Below the pieces are notes generated by a model. It was not told the origin of the DNA and made no database searches. It saw only the letters and a list, made by a program, of their open reading frames with translations. From an uncultured Cytophagia bacterium (GTDB lineage: Bacteria > Zhuqueibacterota > Zhuqueibacteria > Thermofontimicrobiales > Thermofontimicrobiaceae), in contig CAYYMH010000004.1 of NCBI GenBank assembly GCA_964472785.1, forward strand, positions 66,995 to 130,994: a stretch of DNA of 64,000 nt. Direction: 5' to 3'. This document shows positions 18,406 through 27,844 of this stretch, in pieces (position 1 is the stretch's first letter; each line of letters begins with the position of its first letter). Both the position numbers and the translations under genes were made by a program.

Positions 18406-18966
18406 TTATTTAGTGAATTCATTATCGAAAAAATTATCACTCAGTGGATTCCTTTGCCTGGGCGCTCTGGATCTTTTTTGCAGGTCTTCGCTCAAGTCAT
18501 CCATATTGCCCTCGTAACCTACGGCGATCATCACAATTACTTCATACTCATCAGGCAGATTAAATTCTTCTTTAATCACATCGGGTTTAAAACCCGCCAT
18601 CGGTCGAGCCACTAAATTAAGCTCGGTCGCCTGAAGTAAAATATTCTGAACAGCCATACCCACGTCAAATTGATAATATTGTCTTCCGTCTTTGAGTTGA
18701 CAATCTAAATCTGGTTTCGAAAATGCCGCGATGAGCAAAGGCGCTTTTTCTGCCCAGCTATTCCCCTTTGATAACGCTGTTCTTCCCTTTTCCAACGCTG
18801 ATTCTGATGTCAAAAAAAGGAAACGCCACGGCTGATTGTTGAAACAGGATGCGGAAAGCTGAGCCGCATTTTTTATTTTGTCAATTATCTCATCAGACAA
18901 AGGTTCATTTGAAAAAGCCCGCGAAGCCTTTCGTTTGTTCAATATTTCCAAAATGTGTGTTGACAT
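18406..18966 (-). CDS. Nitroreductase family protein
   Basis: RKASRAFS, ASCFNNQPWRF, DVGMAVQNILLQATELNL and PMAGF motifs. Confidence 0.9.
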   Translation of the reverse strand: MSTHILEILNKRKASRAFSNEPLSDEIIDKIKNAAQLSASCFNNQPWRFLFLTSESALEKGRTALSKGNSWAEKAPLLIAAFSKPDLDCQLKDGRQYYQFDVGMAVQNILLQATELNLVARPMAGFKPDVIKEEFNLPDEYEVIVMIAVGYEGNMDDLSEDLQKRSRAPRQRNPLSDNFFDNEFTK

Positions 18967-18988
18967 AACCTCCCCTATTATTTTAATT

Positions 18989-19183
18989 TTATTTGGGTTG
19001 TTTTACTTTGCACGTTGAAATACCCAGCGGAACATAGAGACCACATTTTCCGACCAATGCAGTGATAATTGGTATTAATCCGATAAGTCCCCACCAGCTA
19101 TTTGCAACGATGCCGACCATGATAATTGCAAAACCGAGAATTACACGCACGATTCTGTCGAGTGTACCGACATTCTTTTTCAT
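18989..19183 (-). CDS. DUF2892 (YgaP-like) small membrane protein
   Basis: NVGTLDRIVR...CGLYVPLGISTC signature. Confidence 0.88.
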   Translation of the reverse strand: MKKNVGTLDRIVRVILGFAIIMVGIVANSWWGLIGLIPIITALVGKCGLYVPLGISTCKVKQPK

Positions 19184-19224
19184 CTGACTTTGCTCCTGTT
19201 TGATAATCTGAATTTTTATATATA

Positions 19225-19304
19225 CGGATTTAAGGCATCAGCCTTTTACATTAATTTGGAATTAAGGCGTCATTTTATTGAATACCTAAATCGGATTTAA
19301 GGCA
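19225..19304. repeat. Three spaced direct repeats GGAWTTAAGGCR
   Basis: CGGATTTAAGGCA 19225-19237, GGAATTAAGGCG 19258-19269, CGGATTTAAGGCA 19292-19304. Confidence 0.6.
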
Positions 19305-19349
19305 GCTGTGTTTAAAATCCTGACGGATTAATTCCGGAACGCTTGAGCT

Positions 19350-20153
19350 CTACTTGATCAAAATACATTTCTTTGTTTGATAACTGTCTTGAAATTTCAC
19401 CTGATAAACATAAATGCCTGATGGAACGTCTTGTCCGTTAAAGTCGCTGCCATCCCATTCAAACCTGAATTGTCCGGCTTGACTGTGATTTTGTTGAGCT
19501 TCAAAAACCATTTCACCGCTCAAATTATAAATTCGAATAAGCACATTATCCGCATCATCAATCTGGTAGCGAATCATCGTACTTGAATTGAACGGATTCG
19601 GATAATTTTGATAAACTGTGAATTGTTCCGGGATATTGGATTTGTTCATTGCTACATTCGTCCCGCTTTTTTGGGCTGTTTTTTCTGCTGTCGGTGTCGG
19701 ATCGTCTCCTGACGTGCCAAAATTCCCGTTAACCGCATTGCCGGTAAAATTGAATGTCACCGATTCGACATCCGCGCCGGGAGCAACCCAACCCACATTC
19801 CAGTTCCTCGCATTTGAGTTGGAATGTGTTGCTTCGCCACTTTGAATTTTTGCGTTATTTCCGGGATTGGACAATGTCCCAGCAGAAACTTTCAAATTAA
19901 AGCCTCCTTTGCTGCCAACTGGACCGCCAGTTACTGTAATTGCCAGTGTGTAGGTTTCTCCTGAAACGTATCCATCGGTGAAGATATCGGGAGTTGCATT
20001 CAACGTTATAGCAGAATTTCCTTCTGATAACGAACCGTGACATGTACAACCGGACGTCGTGACACCTGTCTTACCAGATGAGCTTGAAATCAAATAACTC
20101 GTAAATCCAACCAATAAAATGCCCACGAACAATAATGATATTTTGTTATCCAT
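19350..20153 (-). CDS. Secreted Reeler-like (choice-of-anchor V-like) protein with a T9SS-type/FlgD C-terminal domain
   Basis: Signal peptide; GCTCHG motif; GGFNLKVSAGTL...ATH; C-terminal YQNYPNPFNSST...WDG.D..G..VPSGIYVY. Confidence 0.7.
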   Translation of the reverse strand: MDNKISLLFVGILLVGFTSYLISSSSGKTGVTTSGCTCHGSLSEGNSAITLNATPDIFTDGYVSGETYTLAITVTGGPVGSKGGFNLKVSAGTLSNPGNNAKIQSGEATHSNSNARNWNVGWVAPGADVESVTFNFTGNAVNGNFGTSGDDPTPTAEKTAQKSGTNVAMNKSNIPEQFTVYQNYPNPFNSSTMIRYQIDDADNVLIRIYNLSGEMVFEAQQNHSQAGQFRFEWDGSDFNGQDVPSGIYVYQVKFQDSYQTKKCILIK

Positions 20154-20191
20154 TTTTCATCTCCAATGAAAGGTAAAAAATAAGTGAGAAT

Positions 20192-20920
20192 TTAACTTGA
20201 TACGATCTCAGTGAATTTCTTTTCCACATCTTTCCAGTTGATGATTTCAAAAATGTTACTGACGAATTCAGATCTCCTGTTTTGATATTTCAAGTAATAA
20301 GCATGTTCCCAGACATCGATCACCAGTAACGGAACAGCGCCCCACTGCGTCAGATTCTGATGCTTTTCCGCCTGGAGAATAACTAATTTTTGCATAGCCA
20401 CGCTGAAAGCAAAAACACCCCATCCTGATCCTTCCACTGCATTGGTGGCGCTGATCAGGTGCGACTTGAATGTTTCAAAACTTCCAAACTCCGCATTGAT
20501 GGCTTTTGCCAAATCTCCGCTCGGTGTACCACCACCATCTGGCGATAAATTTTGCCAAAAAATGGTGTGCAAAATATGACCGGAGCCGTGGAAAGCAAGA
20601 TCCCGTTCCAAATGCTTAATGGCTGAAAAATCACCGTTCTTCTGCGCTTCTGCAATTTTCAACTCTGTTTTATTCAGTCCTTTTACGTAACCCGCATGAT
20701 GTTTATCGTGATGGAGACGCATGGTTTGTTCATCAATTACCGAATCAAGCGCATCATAGGCATAAGGCAAAGGCGGTAGTTCATGTGTTCCGGGAGCCTT
20801 CGCTTCTGCAGCAAAAAGCTGGGATGCACTTCCAAAATTGTTCAACGCTTGCCCGCCTAACAGGATGGCGCCTCCACCAATACTCGCTTTTTTTAAAAAT
20901 TCTCTTCTATTTTCTGACAT
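20192..20920 (-). CDS. sod: Fe/Mn superoxide dismutase with a twin-arginine (Tat) signal
   Basis: NRREFLKK Tat motif; LPPLPYAYDAL, HHDKHH, GSGW and DVWEHAYY motifs; AAGGAG Shine-Dalgarno before ATG 20920. Confidence 0.93.
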   Translation of the reverse strand: MSENRREFLKKASIGGGAILLGGQALNNFGSASQLFAAEAKAPGTHELPPLPYAYDALDSVIDEQTMRLHHDKHHAGYVKGLNKTELKIAEAQKNGDFSAIKHLERDLAFHGSGHILHTIFWQNLSPDGGGTPSGDLAKAINAEFGSFETFKSHLISATNAVEGSGWGVFAFSVAMQKLVILQAEKHQNLTQWGAVPLLVIDVWEHAYYLKYQNRRSEFVSNIFEIINWKDVEKKFTEIVSS

Positions 20921-21084
20921 GATGTGCTCCTTTCGAAAATAATTACATTCAAAATTTAGTGAATCTTCTGCCACAATGTCTCGAAGACACCAAGAAAAAC
21001 GTTACTCCTTTTTTAACTTCGAGTCTTGGAGCCTTTGTGGCAAATAAAACTCTTGATAATTATAAACTTATTACAAATAAAAAT

Positions 21085-21137
21085 GGGACTGATTGCCACG
21101 CCTTTGAAAAAATACAAATGAATAGCCAATCAATCCC
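21085..21137 (-). terminator. Possible terminator or structured RNA between the porin and sod genes
   Basis: Minus strand GGGATTGATTG...CAATCAGTCCC stem followed by ATTTTTATTT; the loop is unusually long. Confidence 0.3.
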
Positions 21138-21146
21138 CTTAAAAAT

Positions 21147-22364
21147 TTAGAATCCTGAAACCATACCAAAAGTCATCCGATTCAAATCATTCTCCAAATC
21201 TCTGGTATATTCAGCAATCAGCCGCAAATTTGTCGATAACAGATAGGTTCCGCTCAACGTTGCGGTTTCATATTTTTTTGCGAGCTGACCATTGATGTGA
21301 AAGTCAACATCAGATTCCATTTTGTTGTACAAAAAGGTGAAATAATAACGTGACTTGTCTAATTGCGGTGAAAAAACAACTTCTGCCACCGTTCCTTTTG
21401 ACTCAATCTCTTTAGCATCCTCAATAAATAGCGGATTGCTATCTTTCCGAATCAGATACTGAGCGGTAATATCAATGGGCCCAATACTGATTGTAAAATC
21501 AGGTCCCATATACGATAATTCATTTTCTGCGTTAGCAACGACATTATCATCTTCTCCCGACACTTTTTCTTTACCCGTGTAATAGAATCCACCGATGCTC
21601 ATAAAATCACCGATGCTCTGATTGATCCGCACGCCAAAATTTTTGAACGAATCATTATCAAATTTTGTTGTTACATCAGCTTCCTGTTTTCCATTGCCAT
21701 TGACTACCATTCCGATTACACCGGTTCCGGTTTGTTCCACACCGTAAGCCAGCATCACTCCCCGATCATAAGCCAGATTTGTCCCGGATAATCCGAAATG
21801 TTGTTTGTAGATAAAGTAGTCTTCGAACGTTAAACGCAGCTCGCGTTTCATCAATGGATCTGAAGTTTGAAATTGTCCGACCATAATGTCCAAATTTGTT
21901 TTGAACACATTGTTAAAATGGATATACGCATCTTCGATTCCGGCAACCTCGCCCCGTTCAGACATGTAAAAATAGAAATAGTAGCCGATGTTTTTGTAAA
22001 GCGCTCCGCCGGACATGAATTTCAATCCCCAGGGCATCTGTAAATCTTTATCCACTTTCTGATCTTCGTCGTATTGCGCGTATGCATCAAAACGAACCGA
22101 GATCGGGAAGTCTTTGTTTAACCACAGTAAATCATCTCCGGCAGTCACGTAATCCCGCTCCTTTTCGTCTTCCTGGATAATAAAACCTTCGCCTGCAAAT
22201 TCATCTCCGTACGGTTTTAAGCGGGGAAATGGTGCATGGCAGGTTGTGCAGGAAATTTTATAACGGCGCGCAAACGCCGGTATTGCTTGAGAGCTTTGTG
22301 TAATGAAAAGTGAGCACACAAAAGTCACCAAAATAATGAACAATACTGATTTTTTAAATTCCAT
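21147..22364 (-). CDS. Outer-membrane porin-like beta-barrel with an N-terminal CxxCH (AIPAFARRY..CTTCH family)
   Basis: Signal peptide; IPAFARRYKISCTTCHAPFPRL; alternating beta-strand pattern; terminal Phe; GGAGG Shine-Dalgarno before ATG 22364. Confidence 0.75.
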   Translation of the reverse strand: MEFKKSVLFIILVTFVCSLFITQSSQAIPAFARRYKISCTTCHAPFPRLKPYGDEFAGEGFIIQEDEKERDYVTAGDDLLWLNKDFPISVRFDAYAQYDEDQKVDKDLQMPWGLKFMSGGALYKNIGYYFYFYMSERGEVAGIEDAYIHFNNVFKTNLDIMVGQFQTSDPLMKRELRLTFEDYFIYKQHFGLSGTNLAYDRGVMLAYGVEQTGTGVIGMVVNGNGKQEADVTTKFDNDSFKNFGVRINQSIGDFMSIGGFYYTGKEKVSGEDDNVVANAENELSYMGPDFTISIGPIDITAQYLIRKDSNPLFIEDAKEIESKGTVAEVVFSPQLDKSRYYFTFLYNKMESDVDFHINGQLAKKYETATLSGTYLLSTNLRLIAEYTRDLENDLNRMTFGMVSGF

Positions 22365-22576
22365 TATGACCTCCGTTAAATTTTTGATTACCAAACACTT
22401 TTTAAGAATCCGATAAATTGCCACAGATATTTTCATATAAACACGGATTTTAAAAAGTATCTATTACATTAAGTTTTTCAAATCATGATAAATCTGAAAA
22501 AATCCGTGTTAGTCCGTGGCAGGAAAAAAAGTGTTCGGCTGTGAGTTGAATTATCAGATTTTTTCGAAAAACACAA

Positions 22577-23956
22577 TTACTCGTAAACTTCGATCCACGT
22601 CGATGCCGTGTTGACCAGAATTCTTTCACTTTCCTCTTCGGGAACTCCCAAATATTTTGCCACAGGTTCAACTAATTTTTGGTAATACATTACAGCTTTA
22701 AACGTTACTTTACCGACAGGTATATCTTCGGGTAATTCCCAGGTGAATGTCTCAATTTTGGTTTCGCGCGGACCGATTCGATAATCCACACCAAGCGATG
22801 CTGTGTTCCACTGCATGATCGTCATCCGACCTTGCGGATCAAAATATGGCATGCGAAAAATCCGGTTCCCAATTGGCACGCCATCTCGCTGAACACCTTT
22901 AAAATCCGGGTCTTGTTTGGGAATGCCCATATCCTGATAAGCCAGCACATCCGCAGCTATGATATATTCTTCTCCTTCAAATCCTTTTTTATCCACCGGC
23001 AAATGGTACTCTTTTCCATTGGCATCTGTCGCTGTTACATGCAGCCACACAATGCGATCTTCGACTGAACCGGTCGGAAATTTATGGCCTGTTTTGGCAT
23101 TAAATAGCTGGACTTTAACAACGGCAACATCATCATACTCAATTTCCCGTTCCTCCGGATGCATCCTCAATTCTATCGTACCGGCGATTTTTCCAGGATC
23201 GTGGGCGCCATGAAACAGGTGTTGTGAAACCATACTCTCTTCAGCCATTTTTGCGTTTTTTCCCCATGCTTTGGGCATGTGACATTGATGGCACGGTACT
23301 CCCTCTTCAGCATAAGGTCCTTCTTTCCATTCAATGTGAGTTGATTTTACCCAAATACCAAAGGGCGACTTTTCGTTATGGCAATTCGCGCAAAACTCTG
23401 CCTGTTGCATAAAATCACTTTCTTCCGTGTCATGATGCGGCGATTCCAAACCGGGCTTGTTGCCCCATTTTTTCAGCCCCGGCTGCGACACATAACTGAA
23501 GTTGAAGGGTACATCTTCACCTTTGTAACTGTTAAAGGGTACATCTTCACCTTTGTAACTGTTAATGGTGTGACATACATCGCAGCTCACACTCTCGTTG
23601 GCTCGAGAATTTTCTTCAGGCCGTGGCGGTGGCACATCCCCGGCTAAAAATGCAAGCGGGGCATGGCAGCCGTTACAGCCATGGGATACAGACAAAAATT
23701 TCTCGTCCACTTTGCCGTGAGCAACTGCCAGATCGAAATATTCAATCTCGTCCCAGTGATGCGTATAAGCCTGCGACATCATCGACTGCTGCCATTGGTA
23801 ATAAATATCCACGTGGCAACTTTTGCACGCTTCCGGCTTTTCGTACTGATCGTACGATTTTGTGCCCAGCGCTTCTTCACCTGCAGGCAAATCCTGGCCG
23901 AATATTATCGCCGGACAAAATAACATCAGTAGCATCGAAATTTTTAATCGATTCAT
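22577..23956 (-). CDS. Periplasmic pentaheme c-type cytochrome
   Basis: Five CxxCH motifs (CKSCH, CNGCH, CDVCH, CANCH, CHQCH); signal peptide; C-terminal domain with GHKFPTG; AGGAG Shine-Dalgarno before ATG 23956. Confidence 0.88.
   Translation of the reverse strand: MNRLKISMLLMLFCPAIIFGQDLPAGEEALGTKSYDQYEKPEACKSCHVDIYYQWQQSMMSQAYTHHWDEIEYFDLAVAHGKVDEKFLSVSHGCNGCHAPLAFLAGDVPPPRPEENSRANESVSCDVCHTINSYKGEDVPFNSYKGEDVPFNFSYVSQPGLKKWGNKPGLESPHHDTEESDFMQQAEFCANCHNEKSPFGIWVKSTHIEWKEGPYAEEGVPCHQCHMPKAWGKNAKMAEESMVSQHLFHGAHDPGKIAGTIELRMHPEEREIEYDDVAVVKVQLFNAKTGHKFPTGSVEDRIVWLHVTATDANGKEYHLPVDKKGFEGEEYIIAADVLAYQDMGIPKQDPDFKGVQRDGVPIGNRIFRMPYFDPQGRMTIMQWNTASLGVDYRIGPRETKIETFTWELPEDIPVGKVTFKAVMYYQKLVEPVAKYLGVPEEESERILVNTASTWIEVYE
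23505..23565. repeat. Perfect 30-bp tandem duplication inside the cytochrome gene (NSYKGEDVPF x2)
   Basis: AAGGGTACATCTTCACCTTTGTAACTGTTA repeated at 23505 and 23535. Confidence 0.95.
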
Positions 23957-24120
23957 TTCAAGGCTCCTATTTAATTTTAGCACATAGTAATCCGTCGAAA
24001 AACGAATTTAAGAATAACGCTCAAAATTATTTTAAAAATTACACACATGTTCGACTGATGACTAACTTGTTGAACATTGACGTCTTACCTTTTAAGCAGA
24101 ACGCTGATCGCTAATTTAAT

Positions 24121-24882
24121 TTACAATAAAAGCCACAAGCTGACTCCCATGACGATCATTCCTACCATAACACCGAGAATCGGTACATGTTCAGAATCGA
24201 ATGATTTGGCTACTGGCACCAGTTCATCCAGGGAAATCGAAACCATAATTCCTGCGACTACCGCCAAAACCCACCCCAGTAAAGCGGATGATAAAAATGG
24301 TAATAAAATCAAGGCAGCGATGCCAGCGCCGATGGGTTCACTGACGCCAGACAAAAATGAATAAAAAAAGGCTTTTTTCCGACTACCGGTCGCAGCGTAA
24401 ATGGGCGCAGAGACAGCTAATCCTTCGGGAATATTGTGAATTGCAATGGCGATAGCAATTGCGAAACCCAAATTGATATCTTCCAAAGCCCCGGCGAAAG
24501 TAGCCAACCCTTCCGGGAAATTATGAATTCCGATTCCCACTGCAACCAGGATACCAGTGCGCATTAATTCGTCGCTGGTGCCATCTTGTTTGTGATCAAT
24601 GTGGCCAATGTATTCGTGTGGCAATAAGACATCAATCAAGAAAAAACTACCCATTCCGATAAAAAAGGCAATGTGGGCATTGAGGAAGCCAATATCTTGA
24701 ATACTGCCCTGAAGCAGCTCAACAAATGATACTAAAATCATCACGCCGGCAGAAAATCCGAGCGTGAAAGCCATAAATTTGGGTCCCGGTTTACGAACTG
24801 CCAGACCCAAAACACTGCCAATTGTTGTTGCCAGACCGGCGCCGGTTGTCAAGAGTAATGCAATAAATATCTCGTGCCCCAC
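24121..24882 (-). CDS. zupT: ZIP-family zinc transporter
   Basis: GFSAGVM, IGIHNFPEG and AIAIHNIPEG motifs; AAGGAG Shine-Dalgarno before GTG 24882. Confidence 0.92.
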   Translation of the reverse strand: MGHEIFIALLLTTGAGLATTIGSVLGLAVRKPGPKFMAFTLGFSAGVMILVSFVELLQGSIQDIGFLNAHIAFFIGMGSFFLIDVLLPHEYIGHIDHKQDGTSDELMRTGILVAVGIGIHNFPEGLATFAGALEDINLGFAIAIAIAIHNIPEGLAVSAPIYAATGSRKKAFFYSFLSGVSEPIGAGIAALILLPFLSSALLGWVLAVVAGIMVSISLDELVPVAKSFDSEHVPILGVMVGMIVMGVSLWLLL

Positions 24883-25018
24883 AAAAGCTCCTTTGCTTTT
24901 ATCCTTATTGTTAATGGAAAATTGATGTGCTGGGAAGTTAATCCGTAACATTTTAAAATCTAATATTTAAAGAAATAAATTACGCATTAACTCCCCCATA
25001 GTGATCGAAACAACGCGC

Positions 25019-25393
25019 TTACGCTTTCCACAAACCATGCAGATTACAATATTCGCGAGCTGATACATTATCAGCTTTAATCTTGAATGTTGCTTCGGGT
25101 TGATCGCCGGGTTTCAGAAATTTGCGGTACACTTTTCCGTCAGCAATTAATTCGATAAATTCGATATAATGCTTCTCCTCCATCGGATGGGCAACACTGC
25201 CAACTTTCACCGTGACTGAGTCCGCACTTTTTTCAATCACCGGCACGTGTTTTTCTTTTGCCGCGTCTACTGTATTTTCTTTGAGTAATTTCATCGGCTC
25301 TCCGCAGCAAACCAACTCACCTGCGCCGGTATGAAGCACTTCCACAATATTACCGCAAACTTCACACTTGTAAATCTGATTTAATGCTGTCAT
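25019..25393 (-). CDS. dfx: Desulfoferrodoxin (2Fe superoxide reductase)
   Basis: YKCEVCGN...[21 protein letters not shown] and YCNLHGLW motifs. Confidence 0.96.
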   Translation of the reverse strand: MTALNQIYKCEVCGNIVEVLHTGAGELVCCGEPMKLLKENTVDAAKEKHVPVIEKSADSVTVKVGSVAHPMEEKHYIEFIELIADGKVYRKFLKPGDQPEATFKIKADNVSAREYCNLHGLWKA

Positions 25394-25442
25394 ATTTCTC
25401 CTCCTGATTTTATGGTTGATTGTTTCATTTAAAAAAGTGAAC

Positions 25443-25904
25443 TTAACTATTTTCTAGTTCTAATATTTTCACCAATTCTGCTGGTTCCAGACGGAACTTG
25501 CTACCTTTACCCTCAAAGAATCCATGCTCCCGAATCATGTGAACGTGGAGTTGTGAATATTGAATAGTTTTATCCAATTTTTTATTTTTTACATGGGCAA
25601 ATATTTTATGATGCAACCGTTTCTCACCAAACGGTGATGGCATCATGCCTCTGTCCCATCTAATTTTAACTGTGAAATCTCCCAAGTCAACTTCAGACTC
25701 CAGTCCTTTTTTGCCTTCTTCAATGAAATATTGTAATCGATCGGCAATCTGTTCACGTGTCACACCAAGTTTGTCCAATGTTCTCTGGTCAGCCTCGATA
25801 ATATCGTGAACGTGCCGACTATCATCTCCCAAAAACCCGTCTTTGGTGATGGCGCCGGGTTCAAATTCCTTTCGCTGAATTTTTTCATCCGGAGTTTGTT
25901 TCAT
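25443..25904 (-). CDS. Hypothetical protein, 153 aa
   Basis: Open ORF with an AAGGA Shine-Dalgarno; GFLGDD...DIIEAD and [11 protein letters not shown] motifs; no recognised family. Confidence 0.75.
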   Translation of the reverse strand: MKQTPDEKIQRKEFEPGAITKDGFLGDDSRHVHDIIEADQRTLDKLGVTREQIADRLQYFIEEGKKGLESEVDLGDFTVKIRWDRGMMPSPFGEKRLHHKIFAHVKNKKLDKTIQYSQLHVHMIREHGFFEGKGSKFRLEPAELVKILELENS

Positions 25905-26111
25905 GGCAAATTTTCCTTTTTACTTACTTAATGGAATACACTTTTCTTTTGCCACGGATTCACACGGATTTTCACAGATATCAAACTGAAAAATAATATT
26001 TAGTATTCTCCCAAAAAATCTGTGCTTATCTGTGAAAATCAGTGGCAAAAAATTCAATGTTCTTTTGACTTTGTAAATCCTGTTCATCCTGTTATCCTGT
26101 CAAATATTAAA

Positions 26112-27221
26112 CTAAGCAAACGGATCGAAAAACGTTCGGTCGCCGGTGATTTTGTATTTTTCAAGGACTTTGATACACGCATTGATCATACCCGGACTAC
26201 CGCACAAATATCCCTGCACATTGGACGTGTCGATTTCTTTCAAATAGTTTTCAAGCGGTTCAGTAATCAGACCTGTTTCACCATTCCAGTCATCTTCTGG
26301 ATCAGGGCTGGAAAGCGCTGGTACAAAATTAAAGTTGGGAATATTTTTCTCGAATGCCTTCATTTCATCGACGTAAAACAGATCCCTTTTCTGATTCGCA
26401 CCAAAAAAGTATGTCACCTTCCGATCGATTTTTTCATTGTCAATCTTATGTAAAAGGGAAACCATCGGCGCCATGCCCGAACCACCAGCGATCATAATAA
26501 TTTCCCCATCACCTTCACGCAGGTAAAAATCCCCCATTGGACCGACGATCTTCACATCATCGCCCTCTTTCAAATGTTCATGTACCCAGGTTGTACAAAT
26601 ACCGCCTTCAACCAAGCGGATCATCAGCTCAACATATTTTTTTTCAAAACTGGGAGAGCTCGCAGAATAGGCACGGGACACGCTTTCTTTAACGCCGTCA
26701 TACGGCTGTGTTTGCAGTTGAACGTACTGACCTGCTTTGAAATTAATTTCTGGCGGATCAATCAAATCCAACCGCAGCAGTTTGATATCATAAGTCAAAT
26801 CCTTTAGCGCAGCAACTTTCGTTTTAAACTCTTTAATATTGAAAAGCTCATCCGGGATTTCGATTTTAATATCCTGCTTAACCTTCACCTGGCAGGCCAA
26901 GCGAACTTCATCCTGAATTTCTTCTTTCGTAAGCATCGGCTCTTCCGTGGGAAGCAGCGGTCCGCCACCTTCAACAATTTTGCATTTACAGTAAGCACAG
27001 GTACCCCGTCCGCCACATGCGGATGGTAAAAATATTTTCTGAGAACTGAGCGATGACAGCAACGTCGCTCCACCAGTCACTTCCAATTCTTTCTCATCAT
27101 TGATGGTAATTTTACACTCGCCGTAGTTTGCCAAATATCGTTCAGCAATAACCAGTAAAATCGCTAAAACCCCACTTATGCCAACCATTGCGGCTGTTGT
27201 CAAAATGATTTTCGCAACCAT
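26112..27221 (-). CDS. nqrF: NqrF-like 2Fe-2S/FAD/NAD(P)H oxidoreductase with an N-terminal membrane anchor
   Basis: N-terminal TM; SACGGRGTCAYC...C; SRAYS; AGGSGMAP; CGSPGM. Confidence 0.82.
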   Translation of the reverse strand: MVAKIILTTAAMVGISGVLAILLVIAERYLANYGECKITINDEKELEVTGGATLLSSLSSQKIFLPSACGGRGTCAYCKCKIVEGGGPLLPTEEPMLTKEEIQDEVRLACQVKVKQDIKIEIPDELFNIKEFKTKVAALKDLTYDIKLLRLDLIDPPEINFKAGQYVQLQTQPYDGVKESVSRAYSASSPSFEKKYVELMIRLVEGGICTTWVHEHLKEGDDVKIVGPMGDFYLREGDGEIIMIAGGSGMAPMVSLLHKIDNEKIDRKVTYFFGANQKRDLFYVDEMKAFEKNIPNFNFVPALSSPDPEDDWNGETGLITEPLENYLKEIDTSNVQGYLCGSPGMINACIKVLEKYKITGDRTFFDPFA

Positions 27222-27242
27222 GTTTTTATCCCAATTTTCGCA

Positions 27243-27833
27243 TTATTGAATTTGTACAATCCCTGAAAAACCGATAAACGCCATTGCCATGATGCCTGTT
27301 ATAATCAGCGCTATTCCGGCGCCCTGCAAAGCCGAGGGGATCTGCTTTTCGTTGATCCGTTGCCTGATGCCTGCCATTGCTAAAATTGCCAGCATCCAGC
27401 CGATCCCACTTCCGGCGCCAAAAAACACGCTCTGGATGAACGTATATTTTCGGATAACCATAAAAAGTGACACGCCCAGAATCGCACAGTTCACAGTAAT
27501 CAGCGGCAGAAATATCCCGAGATTCAAATAAAGCACTTCGGAGAACCGCTCAATAATCATTTCCAGCAACTGCACAGCAGAAGCAATGATAATAATAAAC
27601 GTAATGTAGCGCAGGTACTCAATCTGTAGCGGCTCCAGCACATAATAATAAACGATGTAATTTAAAGCCGAGGTAATGGTTAAAACGAAAACAACGGCTA
27701 ATCCCAAACCGAGCGAGGTTTTCACCTGTTTTGAAACGGAGAGAAATGAACACATCCCCAAAAAATAAACCAAAAGAATATTCCCTGTAAAAATGGACGC
27801 GAAAAAAATAATCCAGGGTGATAATCCTTCCAT
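27243..27833 (-). CDS. nqrE: Na+-NQR subunit E-like
   Basis: FLGMCSFLSVSKQVKTSLGLG and LPLITVNCAILG motifs. Confidence 0.88.
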   Translation of the reverse strand: MEGLSPWIIFFASIFTGNILLVYFLGMCSFLSVSKQVKTSLGLGLAVVFVLTITSALNYIVYYYVLEPLQIEYLRYITFIIIIASAVQLLEMIIERFSEVLYLNLGIFLPLITVNCAILGVSLFMVIRKYTFIQSVFFGAGSGIGWMLAILAMAGIRQRINEKQIPSALQGAGIALIITGIMAMAFIGFSGIVQIQ

Positions 27834-27844
27834 CGAATTAACTC

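Noticed and set aside
19225-19304. Mini-CRISPR array
   Set aside because: The repeats are only 12-13 bp with about 20-bp gaps, and there are no cas genes or leader.
21054-21068. PerR/Fur box TTGATAATTATAAA upstream of sod
   Set aside because: It matches only partially in very AT-rich DNA and I did not find a convincing second copy, so it is too weak to call.
23505-23565. CRISPR or mobile-element repeat
   Set aside because: It is a direct tandem duplication without a spacer, in frame within a CDS.
22577-23956. Multiheme selenoprotein
   Set aside because: There is no in-frame TGA; the ORF is continuous to TAA.
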